A model generated the notes under the pieces. The model made no database searches. It was given only the letters and a program-made list of their open reading frames with translations, and was not told where the DNA came from. DNA of 64,000 nucleotides from an archaeon (lineage in GTDB: Archaea; Iainarchaeota; Iainarchaeia; Iainarchaeales; CSSED10-239): contig JBBABY010000001.1 in NCBI GenBank assembly GCA_041657425.1, positions 85,510 to 149,509 of the forward strand, in the 5' to 3' direction. This document shows, piece by piece, positions 55,610 to 64,000 of this stretch. The translations under genes and the position numbers were made by a program. How positions within the stretch are numbered: position 1 is the stretch's first letter; each line of letters starts with the position of its first letter.

Positions 55610-56587
55610 TTATTTTTTCTTCTTTTTTGGTTTATCTGCGATTTGTGCATTCTTAAGATAATTTTGGATTAGTGGCAAATATTCTGCAAATTGTTCTTTT
55701 TCTGTTTTATTTACCTTAAGACTACCAGAATCTAATTTTTTAGAAACCGATTGTAAAAGATTTGTAACTTCCATAGGAAAGATTATTTTTGAAGATTGGC
55801 CTTCTCCGATTTTTTCAAGTGCTTTAATGTAATAGTAAAGCATTGTTTTATCTGACAATTGGTCTGTGGCGTCTCTAATTGCTACAATTTTGGCTTTTTC
55901 AGATTCTGCATCTTCAAACACCGCAAGTTTTCTTTGAACTGCGGCTTTTTGGCGGTGCATTGATTCTATAATTTCTTCTGGAATTTGAAGGTCTCTAATT
56001 TCAACTGCATTAATTTTAATTCCCCATTCTTTTGCAACGTCTTTTAATGATTCTGTAATTTTTTTGTTAATGGATTCTGTATTTGTAATGACATTAGCAA
56101 GATCGAATTCTCCAAGTACATCTCTTAATCTGGAGATTACATAAAGTGATGATGCTTTTTTATAATCTTCAACTTTAATAACAGAATTAATTACGCTTTC
56201 TTTAGCCGAATCTACAGAAAGGTAAAGTATTGCATCAATCGTTACTCTTATATTGTCTTTAGTAATAATTTGTTGAACAGGCACATCAACAACTTGTGTT
56301 CTTAATGACACAAGTACGTGTTTTTCAATAATCGGTAGCACTATTGTCCAACCAGGACCTCCCACCCTATTTACTTTTCCAAATGTAAAGATTACTGCTC
56401 TCTCATAATCTTTTAGTTGTAATATTATATTTGAAGCAAATAATAAATATAAAAATGCAGAGCAAATCAGAATTATTAAGATTATATTTTTTACGCTTTC
56501 ATTTGTAATTAAAAATAAATTAATAATAATTACTAATGCAAATATAATTATTGCAAAAAACAAGTTTTTAATTTTTTGGTCGTTCAT
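55610..56587 (-). CDS. SPFH/band 7 (stomatin/prohibitin-like) membrane protein
   Basis: N-terminal TM hairpin, then an SPFH core (YERAVIFTFGKV, VDVPVQQIITKDNIRVTIDAILY, INAVEIRDLQIPEEI). Confidence 0.85.
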   Translation of the reverse strand: MNDQKIKNLFFAIIIFALVIIINLFLITNESVKNIILIILICSAFLYLLFASNIILQLKDYERAVIFTFGKVNRVGGPGWTIVLPIIEKHVLVSLRTQVVDVPVQQIITKDNIRVTIDAILYLSVDSAKESVINSVIKVEDYKKASSLYVISRLRDVLGEFDLANVITNTESINKKITESLKDVAKEWGIKINAVEIRDLQIPEEIIESMHRQKAAVQRKLAVFEDAESEKAKIVAIRDATDQLSDKTMLYYYIKALEKIGEGQSSKIIFPMEVTNLLQSVSKKLDSGSLKVNKTEKEQFAEYLPLIQNYLKNAQIADKPKKKKK

Positions 56588-56721
56588 TTTTTAGCTCTGT
56601 TTACTTTTTATATATTAAGATAATATTTTAAATGCTTTTATATATTTAATCCTATATATATTATATAAATAACATTTATTAATCTTTTACAATTAAGTTG
56701 TAATTAAGAAAAGGTGCAATT

Positions 56722-57996
56722 TTGACTAAAACTGAAGATAAAAAAAAGGAAGTGCCTTTAATTCACGAGAAAGTATTGCCCGTTCAAGAGCATTTACTTA
56801 TACTTACAGTTGATAGAGATAACGATATTGGAAAACAATTAGGAGTTTCTGGCCCAATTATTGGGTATGATAATAATTTAAAATTAGCAACAGATTTAAT
56901 TCTTAAAGATCCAGAAGAATCAGATGCAAATGCAATTTTTGCAACTCTGAAGAAATATACAGAATTAAAGAAAGATTATGTAGTCGAGATTGCAACATTA
57001 ACTGGCCATTCAAAAGAGAATCTATTTTTTGCGGACAAAAACATCGCATTACAACTAAAAGGCGTTTTAGAAGTGTTTCCTGCAAGTGCGTTTGTTTTAG
57101 TTACAGACGGAGCCGAAGATGATCAGGTAGTTCCAATTATTCAAAACTTTGGGCCAATAATTTCTAAAGAAGTTGTAGTTGTAAGACAATCTCAAGCTCT
57201 AGAAAGCGTTTACTATACTGCAAAGAAAGCACTTAAAGATCCTGCATTCTCTAGAATTATTTTTGGAGTGCCTGCGATAATTTTACTTTTATTCTTCTTT
57301 TTCAAAGTGTATGCGTTTCAAATAATTGCATTAGTTCTAGGAGTTTATTTCTTAATTAAAGGATTTAATTTAGAACCTAAATTGATTAATTTTATCACAG
57401 ATATTTTTTCTAGATTTTCAATATCAAGAATTAGTTTTCCGTTCTATATTGCAAGTCTATTTTTCTTAATATATACTATAGTTACTGGTGCAAACTTATT
57501 TTTTGTAAATTCTAATTTTGTATTTTGGCAAAGAAGTATATTTGTATTAAGAGCAGTTTTATTATATTTGGTATTTTGTGTTGCAGCATATGTAGTGGGC
57601 GGAATAATTGATTTATTTTATTCGAGATCATTATATAAAATTGGAGAGTATATATTTGCACTTGTTGCTACATTTGTATTTTCTGGGTTGTTAGATATTT
57701 CTTTACAATTTGTATTAGGAGATTTGAAATTTCAGACATTTATATATGTGATTTTATTTTCTACATTATTCTTATTTATATTACATAGAATTACGAGTGT
57801 ATTTGATATAACTAAAGATGTTACAGATTTACTGGTGGGGCTTCCCGTAGTTTCAAAGTATGGGGTTTGGTTAGGAGAGATAATTGCTGTAGATAAAGAT
57901 AGACAGACTGTCAGTTATAAGAATAGAAACGGCAGAGTAGTAACAGTTTTATCAAAAAAGCACTTCTTTATACAAGACGGACAAGTAATTATTTGA
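56722..57996 (+). CDS. DUF373-family archaeal membrane protein
   Basis: Soluble N-domain (LILTVDRDNDIGKQLGVSGPIIG, FVLVTDGAEDDQVVPIIQ) followed by six or more TM helices. Probable TTG start preceded by AAGGTG. Confidence 0.65.
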   Translation: MTKTEDKKKEVPLIHEKVLPVQEHLLILTVDRDNDIGKQLGVSGPIIGYDNNLKLATDLILKDPEESDANAIFATLKKYTELKKDYVVEIATLTGHSKENLFFADKNIALQLKGVLEVFPASAFVLVTDGAEDDQVVPIIQNFGPIISKEVVVVRQSQALESVYYTAKKALKDPAFSRIIFGVPAIILLLFFFFKVYAFQIIALVLGVYFLIKGFNLEPKLINFITDIFSRFSISRISFPFYIASLFFLIYTIVTGANLFFVNSNFVFWQRSIFVLRAVLLYLVFCVAAYVVGGIIDLFYSRSLYKIGEYIFALVATFVFSGLLDISLQFVLGDLKFQTFIYVILFSTLFLFILHRITSVFDITKDVTDLLVGLPVVSKYGVWLGEIIAVDKDRQTVSYKNRNGRVVTVLSKKHFFIQDGQVII

Positions 57997-58139
57997 GTTA
58001 GTGGTTTATATTCCAAACTTTTTACAAGATTTTAACGCAATTTTTTGAACAGAAAGGTATATATATTAATTGCCTAACAATATAATTGAATTAGTAATAT
58101 TAAAACTAAAAATAATAATAAAAAAGAGGTTTAAATAAC

Positions 58140-58418
58140 ATGTATAAATACGCAATAGCAAGACAACTTGCAACAAAAAAATTAATAACAAATAGAGGAG
58201 ATAATATCGGAAGACTTGTTGATTTAATGGTTAACGAAGTTACTGGAGATGTAGAGGCTTTATTAGTTGAAGTTGATCCATCATCTAAAGTTGTTAAACA
58301 ATTAGATATTCAAGGAAACTTAATTGAAGTACCATACAAGAGTGTACTTGCAGTTTCTGATGTTTTCGTAATCGATGAAAAAACATTATTAACAAAAGAT
58401 GAAGGAACTTTTAATTAA
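58140..58418 (+). CDS. PRC-barrel domain protein
   Basis: LITNRGDNIGRLVDLMVNEVTGDVEALLVEV fits the PRC-barrel pattern. Confidence 0.65.
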   Translation: MYKYAIARQLATKKLITNRGDNIGRLVDLMVNEVTGDVEALLVEVDPSSKVVKQLDIQGNLIEVPYKSVLAVSDVFVIDEKTLLTKDEGTFN

Positions 58419-58484
58419 AGTTTCTCGCTTTTTTTCTTATTCTTTTTTTGTAATTTAAATTCTTATAATTAGTGTAGTTCTATT

Positions 58485-59579
58485 TCACTCTTTAATTTCT
58501 AAAATATAGCTTCTTGCTTTAGAGTCAATACTTTTGATTCTTAACTCTTTTTGATTTTTTGAGAAATAGTCATTTAGCTTGTTTATGATTTCTGCAGGAG
58601 GAACTTTCTTGTCTTTAGCAATTGTTATTTGCGTGTTTAATTTATCGATAATTGGCATATACTCATATATCTTCTGGCCTTCAATTTCAAGTATGTGCGC
58701 AATTTTAAGATAGTTTTCTTTTGTTTTTAGTTGGCTATCTCTAATTGAAAGTTGCTTATTCCCTTTTGTTGTTTCTTCTTTAGTGTCTAATTGCTTAATA
58801 TTTTCCGAATAGTTATCGGAAATGCCTTTAAAGAATTCAATAATGTTTAATTTACATTCTCCTGTTTTTATAAGTATGATATATCCGCTATTATTTTTAT
58901 TTGCTTTAAGTTCTAATTCTGGAGTTAAAATGTCATATGATTTTTTGATTGTAGAAATAATTTCGTTCTTAGTTTTTATTTCTCCAATATATGCAGGAGA
59001 AACATTATATTCTTTAACAATATAGCTTATTGTCCCTTTAATATCTAAATCTTTAGTTTCAATAAGTAATTGTTCTTCTGTTGCGTTTTTTATATCTTTA
59101 CTTTGGGGGAATATATATTTTTCATATTTCTTAACTGTTCTATCCTTCCATTCTTCTTTTTGTTTTGCAGTTATAATATTAAATTCAAGATCTGTCAAGA
59201 TTATATTCGAATTACTAAAAAATTCAAATATTAAATAATAAATATCAAGTTTAAAATATACTACTCTATTGTTTTTATCTTGTTTAATTTCGTGAATTTT
59301 TTGATTATAAAGTTTCTTTTTTAAAAATTTAATTAATCCTCCGCATTCAGAGTTTGTTGGATAAATTAATTCTGTTACAAAAAGGATTTGTGGAGTAACA
59401 ATTAGTTCTTTAGTTTTAGTTTTGTGTATTTTAAATTTTAAAATATTATTTTCCTCATAATTAACTAATTGTATATTATTAATATATCCATTCAAGAATT
59501 CATCTTCAAGTTCTTTAACGATATAAAAGAAAGCGGCGCTTGTAACATCTATTTTTTTCATAAACTTACTCTGTATCAA
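58485..59579 (-). CDS. NFACT-N (Rqc2/FbpA N-terminal) domain protein, short form with coiled coil only
   Basis: VTSAAFFYIVKELEDEFLNGYINNIQLVNYEENNILKFKIH...ELIVTPQILFVTE...FLKKKLYNQKIHEIKQDKNNRVVYFKLD...FFSNSNIILTD matches the NFACT-N layout. No NFACT-R/C part is present. Confidence 0.55.
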   Translation of the reverse strand: MIQSKFMKKIDVTSAAFFYIVKELEDEFLNGYINNIQLVNYEENNILKFKIHKTKTKELIVTPQILFVTELIYPTNSECGGLIKFLKKKLYNQKIHEIKQDKNNRVVYFKLDIYYLIFEFFSNSNIILTDLEFNIITAKQKEEWKDRTVKKYEKYIFPQSKDIKNATEEQLLIETKDLDIKGTISYIVKEYNVSPAYIGEIKTKNEIISTIKKSYDILTPELELKANKNNSGYIILIKTGECKLNIIEFFKGISDNYSENIKQLDTKEETTKGNKQLSIRDSQLKTKENYLKIAHILEIEGQKIYEYMPIIDKLNTQITIAKDKKVPPAEIINKLNDYFSKNQKELRIKSIDSKARSYILEIKE

Positions 59580-60624
59580 TATAATTGTTTTGATTATATT
59601 TATAAATTATTTTTTTAATTTTAAGATTATTATATTTATAATTTTCTAATAACTTTTTTTCGTCAGTGTTTATAAACATTTCAAATGGCCCCTTTTGCGT
59701 TAAATCAAAGATATAGTGTTGATTCTTATATTTAGTTTTAACAAATGCGTGAGTTTTATCATCTTCAAGTAAAACCACAAACACCATGGTTTCTTGGTCT
59801 CCTAGCCCTTGCATAGCAGAACATAACAAGGAAGACGCGTCTTGTTCATCAGCAATTTTAGTTTTAAATATAAGTGTTGCGTCCATCCAATAAAGTACTT
59901 TTATATCAGTTTTTATAACTTCAATTTCTGATTTAAAAAACATATATATTTTTCTTAATGCTTCAATATAATCTTTAGAATATTCATAGCCAATTGGTTT
60001 ATACTTAGAGACAATACTTTTAATTGTTAAATCATTAGGATTTACCATTGCTTTTATTTGAGAGATGGTCTTTTTTTCTTGTTCGTTAATATTATCTTTA
60101 TATTTATCAAGTATTTGTTCGTAGTATTTATTTTGCAAATTATCTTGAATAGAGGTAGAGATATTTCTGGTTCCAGACAAGTTTTTTACAAAGTCTTCAA
60201 GTTCTTTTACTCTAGTTTTAAGATTATCTCTCTCTAACTTAGTTTCATTAAGTTCTCCTTTAAGTTTAATATTTTGAAATCTTAAATCTCCACCTGTGTC
60301 TTGGTTTTTTTGTAAGTTGGTAAGTTTTGATACTTCTGTATTTATTTCATTATCAATTTTTTCAAGTTCATTATTAATATACTTTAAAGTATTTGCATAA
60401 GAGTCATCGCTAATGCTTTTTGCACTATACTTAAATGATGCTTCTTCTTTCTTCTTTAATAGTTCTCTCTTTTTATCATTAAGATTTTCAATCTTTTGCC
60501 AAGCATTCTGTTCTTGGCTAACTGGAACATTTATTCTTTTTCTAAGGTTAATATATGTAATTATAGTTCCAAATACCATTAGTATAACTGCAATTATAAT
60601 AACCTGTATAAAGTTTATATTCAT
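59566..60624 (-). CDS. Membrane-anchored coiled-coil protein with a possible transglutaminase-like Cys-His-Asp core
   Basis: N-terminal TM VIIIAVILMVFGTIITYI, then a long coiled coil. C-terminal DASSLLCSAMQGLG...THAFVKTKYKNQHYIFDLT has C, H and D spaced as in transglutaminase-like folds. Overlaps the next gene by 14 nt. Confidence 0.35.
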   Translation of the reverse strand: MNINFIQVIIIAVILMVFGTIITYINLRKRINVPVSQEQNAWQKIENLNDKKRELLKKKEEASFKYSAKSISDDSYANTLKYINNELEKIDNEINTEVSKLTNLQKNQDTGGDLRFQNIKLKGELNETKLERDNLKTRVKELEDFVKNLSGTRNISTSIQDNLQNKYYEQILDKYKDNINEQEKKTISQIKAMVNPNDLTIKSIVSKYKPIGYEYSKDYIEALRKIYMFFKSEIEVIKTDIKVLYWMDATLIFKTKIADEQDASSLLCSAMQGLGDQETMVFVVLLEDDKTHAFVKTKYKNQHYIFDLTQKGPFEMFINTDEKKLLENYKYNNLKIKKIIYKYNQNNYIDTE

Positions 60625-60846
60625 TTTGTATCTTTCTTTAATTATTGTTATTATTAATATATAGCTATAATTTATTTATATATATTGTGATTTTTAACTT
60701 TTTAACTGCACTTTAATTAGATTACATAAATAATCCATTTATAAAGATTTACTTTCTATATATTATATAGCTAAAATATTTAAATTAAGCTAAATATATT
60801 AGCAATTTACAAATTTGTTTATTATAAAAATATGGAGGAATAATGT

Positions 60847-62106
60847 ATGGCATCAACAAAACCAAAGATTAATGTTATCTTTATTGGACACATTGATCAC
60901 GGTAAGTCAACCACAGTTGGTCGTGTAATGTACGACACAAAAAATTTAAGTGACCAGGATTATAGAAAGTTACAAGCAATCGCTGAAGAAAAGGGAAAAG
61001 GAACATTTGCTTTCGCATACCTTATGGATGTAACTAAAGAAGAAAGAGACAGAGGAATTACAATTGATGTAAACTATAAGAAGTTAGATACTGAAAAATA
61101 TAGTTTCACAGTAATTGATGCTCCAGGCCACCAAGATTATGTTAAGAACATGATTACAGGTACTGCTCAATCAGATGCTGCAGTTTTAGTAATTGCTGCA
61201 AAAGATGGAATAATGTCTCAAACTAAGGAACACGCTTTCCTTGCTCAAGTTATGGGTATTAAACAAATAATTATCGCAGTTAACAAGATGGATGAAGTAA
61301 ATTACACAGAAGAAGGATTTAATAAAGTAAAGACAGATATTCAAGCTTTATTAAAGGGAAAATTTAAGGATGATCAAATCCAAATAGTTCCTATTTCTGC
61401 ATGGAATGGAGAAAATATAATTAAAGCATCAGATAAAATGCCTTGGTATAAAGGCGTTAATTTAGTTGCAGCAATGAATAATTTTACAGCTCCAGAAGTA
61501 TTAACAGGAAAGCCATTAAGATTACCAATTCAAGACGTTTATTCAATTAAAGGAGTCGGTATGGTTCCAGTTGGTAGAGTTGAAACAGGTATCCTTAGAC
61601 CAAATGATAAAGTAATCATTATGCCTGAAGGAATTGCTACACAAATAAAAACAGTTGAAGCACACCACGAACAATTACCAGAAGCAGGCCCAGGAGACAA
61701 CATTGGTTTCAATATTAGAAATGTTGAAAAAGGAGCAATTAAAAGAGGTTCAGTTGTAGGTCCAGAGAACGATCCACCAACGGTTGCTGAATCATTCTTA
61801 GCTCAAATAATTGTGTTAAACCACCCAACAGCAATTACTGCTGGTTACACTCCGGTTTTCCACATACACACAGCACAAATGTCCTGTTCAATAACAGAAC
61901 TTGTAAGAAAAGTTGCACCAACAGTTGAAGAGAATCCAAAGTTCTTAAAGACTGGAGATGCAGCAATAGTAAGAATTAAACCAACACAACCACTTGTTTG
62001 TGAAACATTCAAGGACTTCCCACAATTAGGTAGATTCGCTATCAGAGATATGGGTAAGACAGTTGCAGCTGGAGTAATAACAGAAATAAAAAAGAGAGTT
62101 AAGTAA
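60847..62106 (+). CDS. tuf: Translation elongation factor EF-1 alpha
   Basis: GHIDHGKST, DAPGH, NKMD, SAW, and conserved domains II/III (GRVETG). Confidence 0.95.
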   Translation: MASTKPKINVIFIGHIDHGKSTTVGRVMYDTKNLSDQDYRKLQAIAEEKGKGTFAFAYLMDVTKEERDRGITIDVNYKKLDTEKYSFTVIDAPGHQDYVKNMITGTAQSDAAVLVIAAKDGIMSQTKEHAFLAQVMGIKQIIIAVNKMDEVNYTEEGFNKVKTDIQALLKGKFKDDQIQIVPISAWNGENIIKASDKMPWYKGVNLVAAMNNFTAPEVLTGKPLRLPIQDVYSIKGVGMVPVGRVETGILRPNDKVIIMPEGIATQIKTVEAHHEQLPEAGPGDNIGFNIRNVEKGAIKRGSVVGPENDPPTVAESFLAQIIVLNHPTAITAGYTPVFHIHTAQMSCSITELVRKVAPTVEENPKFLKTGDAAIVRIKPTQPLVCETFKDFPQLGRFAIRDMGKTVAAGVITEIKKRVK

Positions 62107-62141
62107 CTCTTTTTTTTAATTAAATTTTAAAAGGAAAAATT

Positions 62142-62450
62142 ATGCAAACAGCAAGAGTAATAGTTACAGGAACAGATTACAAAAAGGTTACAGATTTTTG
62201 CAATGAAATATTAGATGTTGCTTCAAAAAGTGGAGTAAAGCACACAGGAATAATCCCTTTAAAGACAAAGAGATTAGTTGTTCCATTAAGAAGAGGAGTT
62301 TCAGCTGGTGGAACAGAAACCTATGAGAAATATCAATTAAGAATTCATAAAAGAATAATTGATATTAAGGCAGACGATAAAATCTTAAGAAGAATAATGA
62401 GAGTCGATGTGCCTACTGATCTTCAAATTGGTATTGAGTTAAAGAATTAA
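62142..62450 (+). CDS. rps10: 30S ribosomal protein S10
   Basis: 102 aa. RVIVTGTDYKKVTDFCNEIL...HKRIIDI pattern, in the canonical position after EF-1 alpha. Confidence 0.9.
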   Translation: MQTARVIVTGTDYKKVTDFCNEILDVASKSGVKHTGIIPLKTKRLVVPLRRGVSAGGTETYEKYQLRIHKRIIDIKADDKILRRIMRVDVPTDLQIGIELKN

Positions 62451-62550
62451 ATTTCTCAATTTCCTCTTTGTTAAAAAGAGCAGCAACAGTTTTTCAATTG
62501 CAAGTATATTAATCTTTTTTGTTTATAAAATTTTAACAAAGCAAAACTAA

Positions 62551-63921
62551 ATGTTAAAAAATACTAAAAAAAATATTTTTGTTGATGAGAACAGCAAAAT
62601 AAAAATTATTTCTAATAAAACTCTATTTTCTAAACTGGATAAGTCTGCAATCGCTCAGCTTTATTCTATATCTAAACTTCCAAGCGTTTCTAATTATATT
62701 TGTGGTTTCCCTGATCTTCATATTGGTCACGGTGTTCCTGTTGGTTCTGCTTTTGCAAGTGATTTAGAAAATAATCCTATCATCAGTCCAAAGGCCGTTG
62801 GTGTTGACATTAATTGTGGAATACGTTTAGTAAGAACAAATCTTTTTTCTAAAGACATAACTGATAAGCAGTATAAAGAAATTATTAAAGCTTTTGAAAA
62901 GCTTCCAATCGGTCTTTCAAAAGATGGAGTAAAGATAACAAAACAAGATTTACTTGATATTTGTTATGAAGGAATAGAATGGGCCGTAAAGCACAGTTAC
63001 GCAGATAAGTTTGATAAGTTATATACAGATCATTCCGGTTGTTTTGAAGATGCTAGCCCAATACATTTTTCAAAATCTATGATTGAAACAGGATTACAAC
63101 AATTAGGAACACTTGGTCAAGGCAATCATTTTATTGATTTAGTTGTTGTTGATGAGTTGTTTGATAAAGCTTTTTGTAAAGAACATAAAATTCAAAAAGA
63201 TGAATTAATGATAATGCTTCACACAGGCTCTCGTGGTCTTGGCTTTCAAGTAGCAAGTGATTATACAAATAAAGCAACTAATAAAGAACCATTTGAATAT
63301 TTTGATTTTAATTCAAAGCTTGGTCAAGAATATTATGCAAGCATGTGTGCGGCAGCAAATTTTGCATATTGTAATCGCGCAGTTTTAACAAATACAGTAG
63401 TTCAAGCACTAGAAAAAACATTAAATCTTGGACAAAGCGAAATCCACCCGAAACTTCTTTACGATTTATCGCACAACATCGCAACAATCGAAGTGCATAA
63501 TAAAAATAAATATTTAGTTACAAGAAAAGGTGCAGTTCGTTGCAACTTACCTGAAGAACAAAATGCTCGTTCAAGATTTTTTGAAACTGGAACTCCAATT
63601 ATTCTTCCTGGTTCAATGCTTGACACAAGTCACGTTCTTTTACCAAAGCCAAAAATAAAGAAAGAAACATTTTCAACAATTGCTCATGGCTGCGGAAGAA
63701 AAATGTCAAGAACTGATGCAAAGTCAAAAATTACAGCAATACAACTAAAGCAAGATCTTCTAAAGAAAGGAATCTATCTTTCAGGTCATTCAGAAAATGT
63801 ATTAAGAGAAGAAAATCCTGCAGCTTACAAATCATCAGCAGAAGTTATTGATTCAATAGTTGGCGCTGGCCTTGCAAAAAAAGCATTTAGTTTAAAACCA
63901 AAAGTAGTAATCACAGGCTAA
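62551..63921 (+). CDS. rtcB: RNA-splicing ligase RtcB
   Basis: GFPDLHIGHGVPVG, DINCGIR, GTLGQGNHFIDL, HTGSRGLG, AHGCGRKMSR. Confidence 0.92.
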   Translation: MLKNTKKNIFVDENSKIKIISNKTLFSKLDKSAIAQLYSISKLPSVSNYICGFPDLHIGHGVPVGSAFASDLENNPIISPKAVGVDINCGIRLVRTNLFSKDITDKQYKEIIKAFEKLPIGLSKDGVKITKQDLLDICYEGIEWAVKHSYADKFDKLYTDHSGCFEDASPIHFSKSMIETGLQQLGTLGQGNHFIDLVVVDELFDKAFCKEHKIQKDELMIMLHTGSRGLGFQVASDYTNKATNKEPFEYFDFNSKLGQEYYASMCAAANFAYCNRAVLTNTVVQALEKTLNLGQSEIHPKLLYDLSHNIATIEVHNKNKYLVTRKGAVRCNLPEEQNARSRFFETGTPIILPGSMLDTSHVLLPKPKIKKETFSTIAHGCGRKMSRTDAKSKITAIQLKQDLLKKGIYLSGHSENVLREENPAAYKSSAEVIDSIVGAGLAKKAFSLKPKVVITG

Positions 63922-63941
63922 AAATAAAAGGAGAAATAAAC

Positions 63942-64000
63942 ATGCATGACATAAAACTATTATCTTGTAAATCAGGAGAGCATTTTGCAAAGAGTATTTT
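63942..64000 (+). CDS. prs: Probable ribose-phosphate pyrophosphokinase, N-terminal 19 codons only (runs off window)
   Basis: MHDIKLLSCKSGEHFAKSI resembles the Prs N-terminus (MKIxSGSSxxxLAxxIA), with AAAGGAG upstream. Very short, so tentative. Confidence 0.4.
   Translation, partial: MHDIKLLSCKSGEHFAKSI

Noticed and set aside
1-64000. Looked for rRNA genes, CRISPR arrays, transposases/IS elements, ORB-type origin repeats and alternative genetic code signals.
   Set aside because: None were seen. ORFs translate cleanly with the standard code, there is no cdc6/orc1 gene or ORB-like repeats in the window, and there are no terminal-inverted-repeat-bounded transposase genes.

Overview
AT-rich, gene-dense archaeal chromosome segment. 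Archaeal markers are PolD DP1/DP2, RFC small subunit, TFE, aTrm56, EF-1alpha/S10, XerA-like recombinase, class III signal-peptide pilins and an initiator tRNA with A1:U72. Small genes and many bacterial-looking acquisitions suggest a DPANN-type lineage, but that is inference only. No database search or computation was possible; all calls rest on reading the ORF translations and DNA by eye, and the family motifs used for comparison are recalled from memory.

Contents, left to right:
- polD DP1/DP2
- a Bro-N/DinD-like cassette sitting in a duplication of the polD 3' end
- a repeat-rich surface adhesin
- grpE-dnaK-dnaJ
- a JAMM protease and a TctA-like permease
- a roughly 8 kb type IV pilus locus: ATPase, two platform proteins, A24 prepilin peptidase, six KG/KA-Q pilin-like genes and a membrane-anchored OB-fold protein
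- RFC, MtaB, Lrp, topoisomerase IA and CDC48
- a six-gene ribonucleotide reductase operon
- xerA, an AT-rich islet with iteron-like GTAATTAC repeats, and tRNA-iMet
- TFE, Trm56, tRNA-Lys/Lys/Phe and mutS-mutL
- large envelope proteins, Elp3, Taw3, SPFH, DUF373 and an NFACT-N protein
- EF-1alpha, S10, RtcB and the start of prs

Most unusual is the nrd operon. nrdD carries a LAGLIDADG intein. Its glycyl-radical tail is encoded by a separate 47-codon ORF that the ORF track misses. After nrdG comes an ATP-cone-bearing class II-like RNR paralog in which all catalytic cysteines appear to be substituted.

Two further leads: the polD 3'-end duplication flanking an intact and a decayed Bro-N gene, and the iteron array upstream of an Asn-rich wHTH gene. 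No CRISPR array, rRNA or recognisable transposase was seen.
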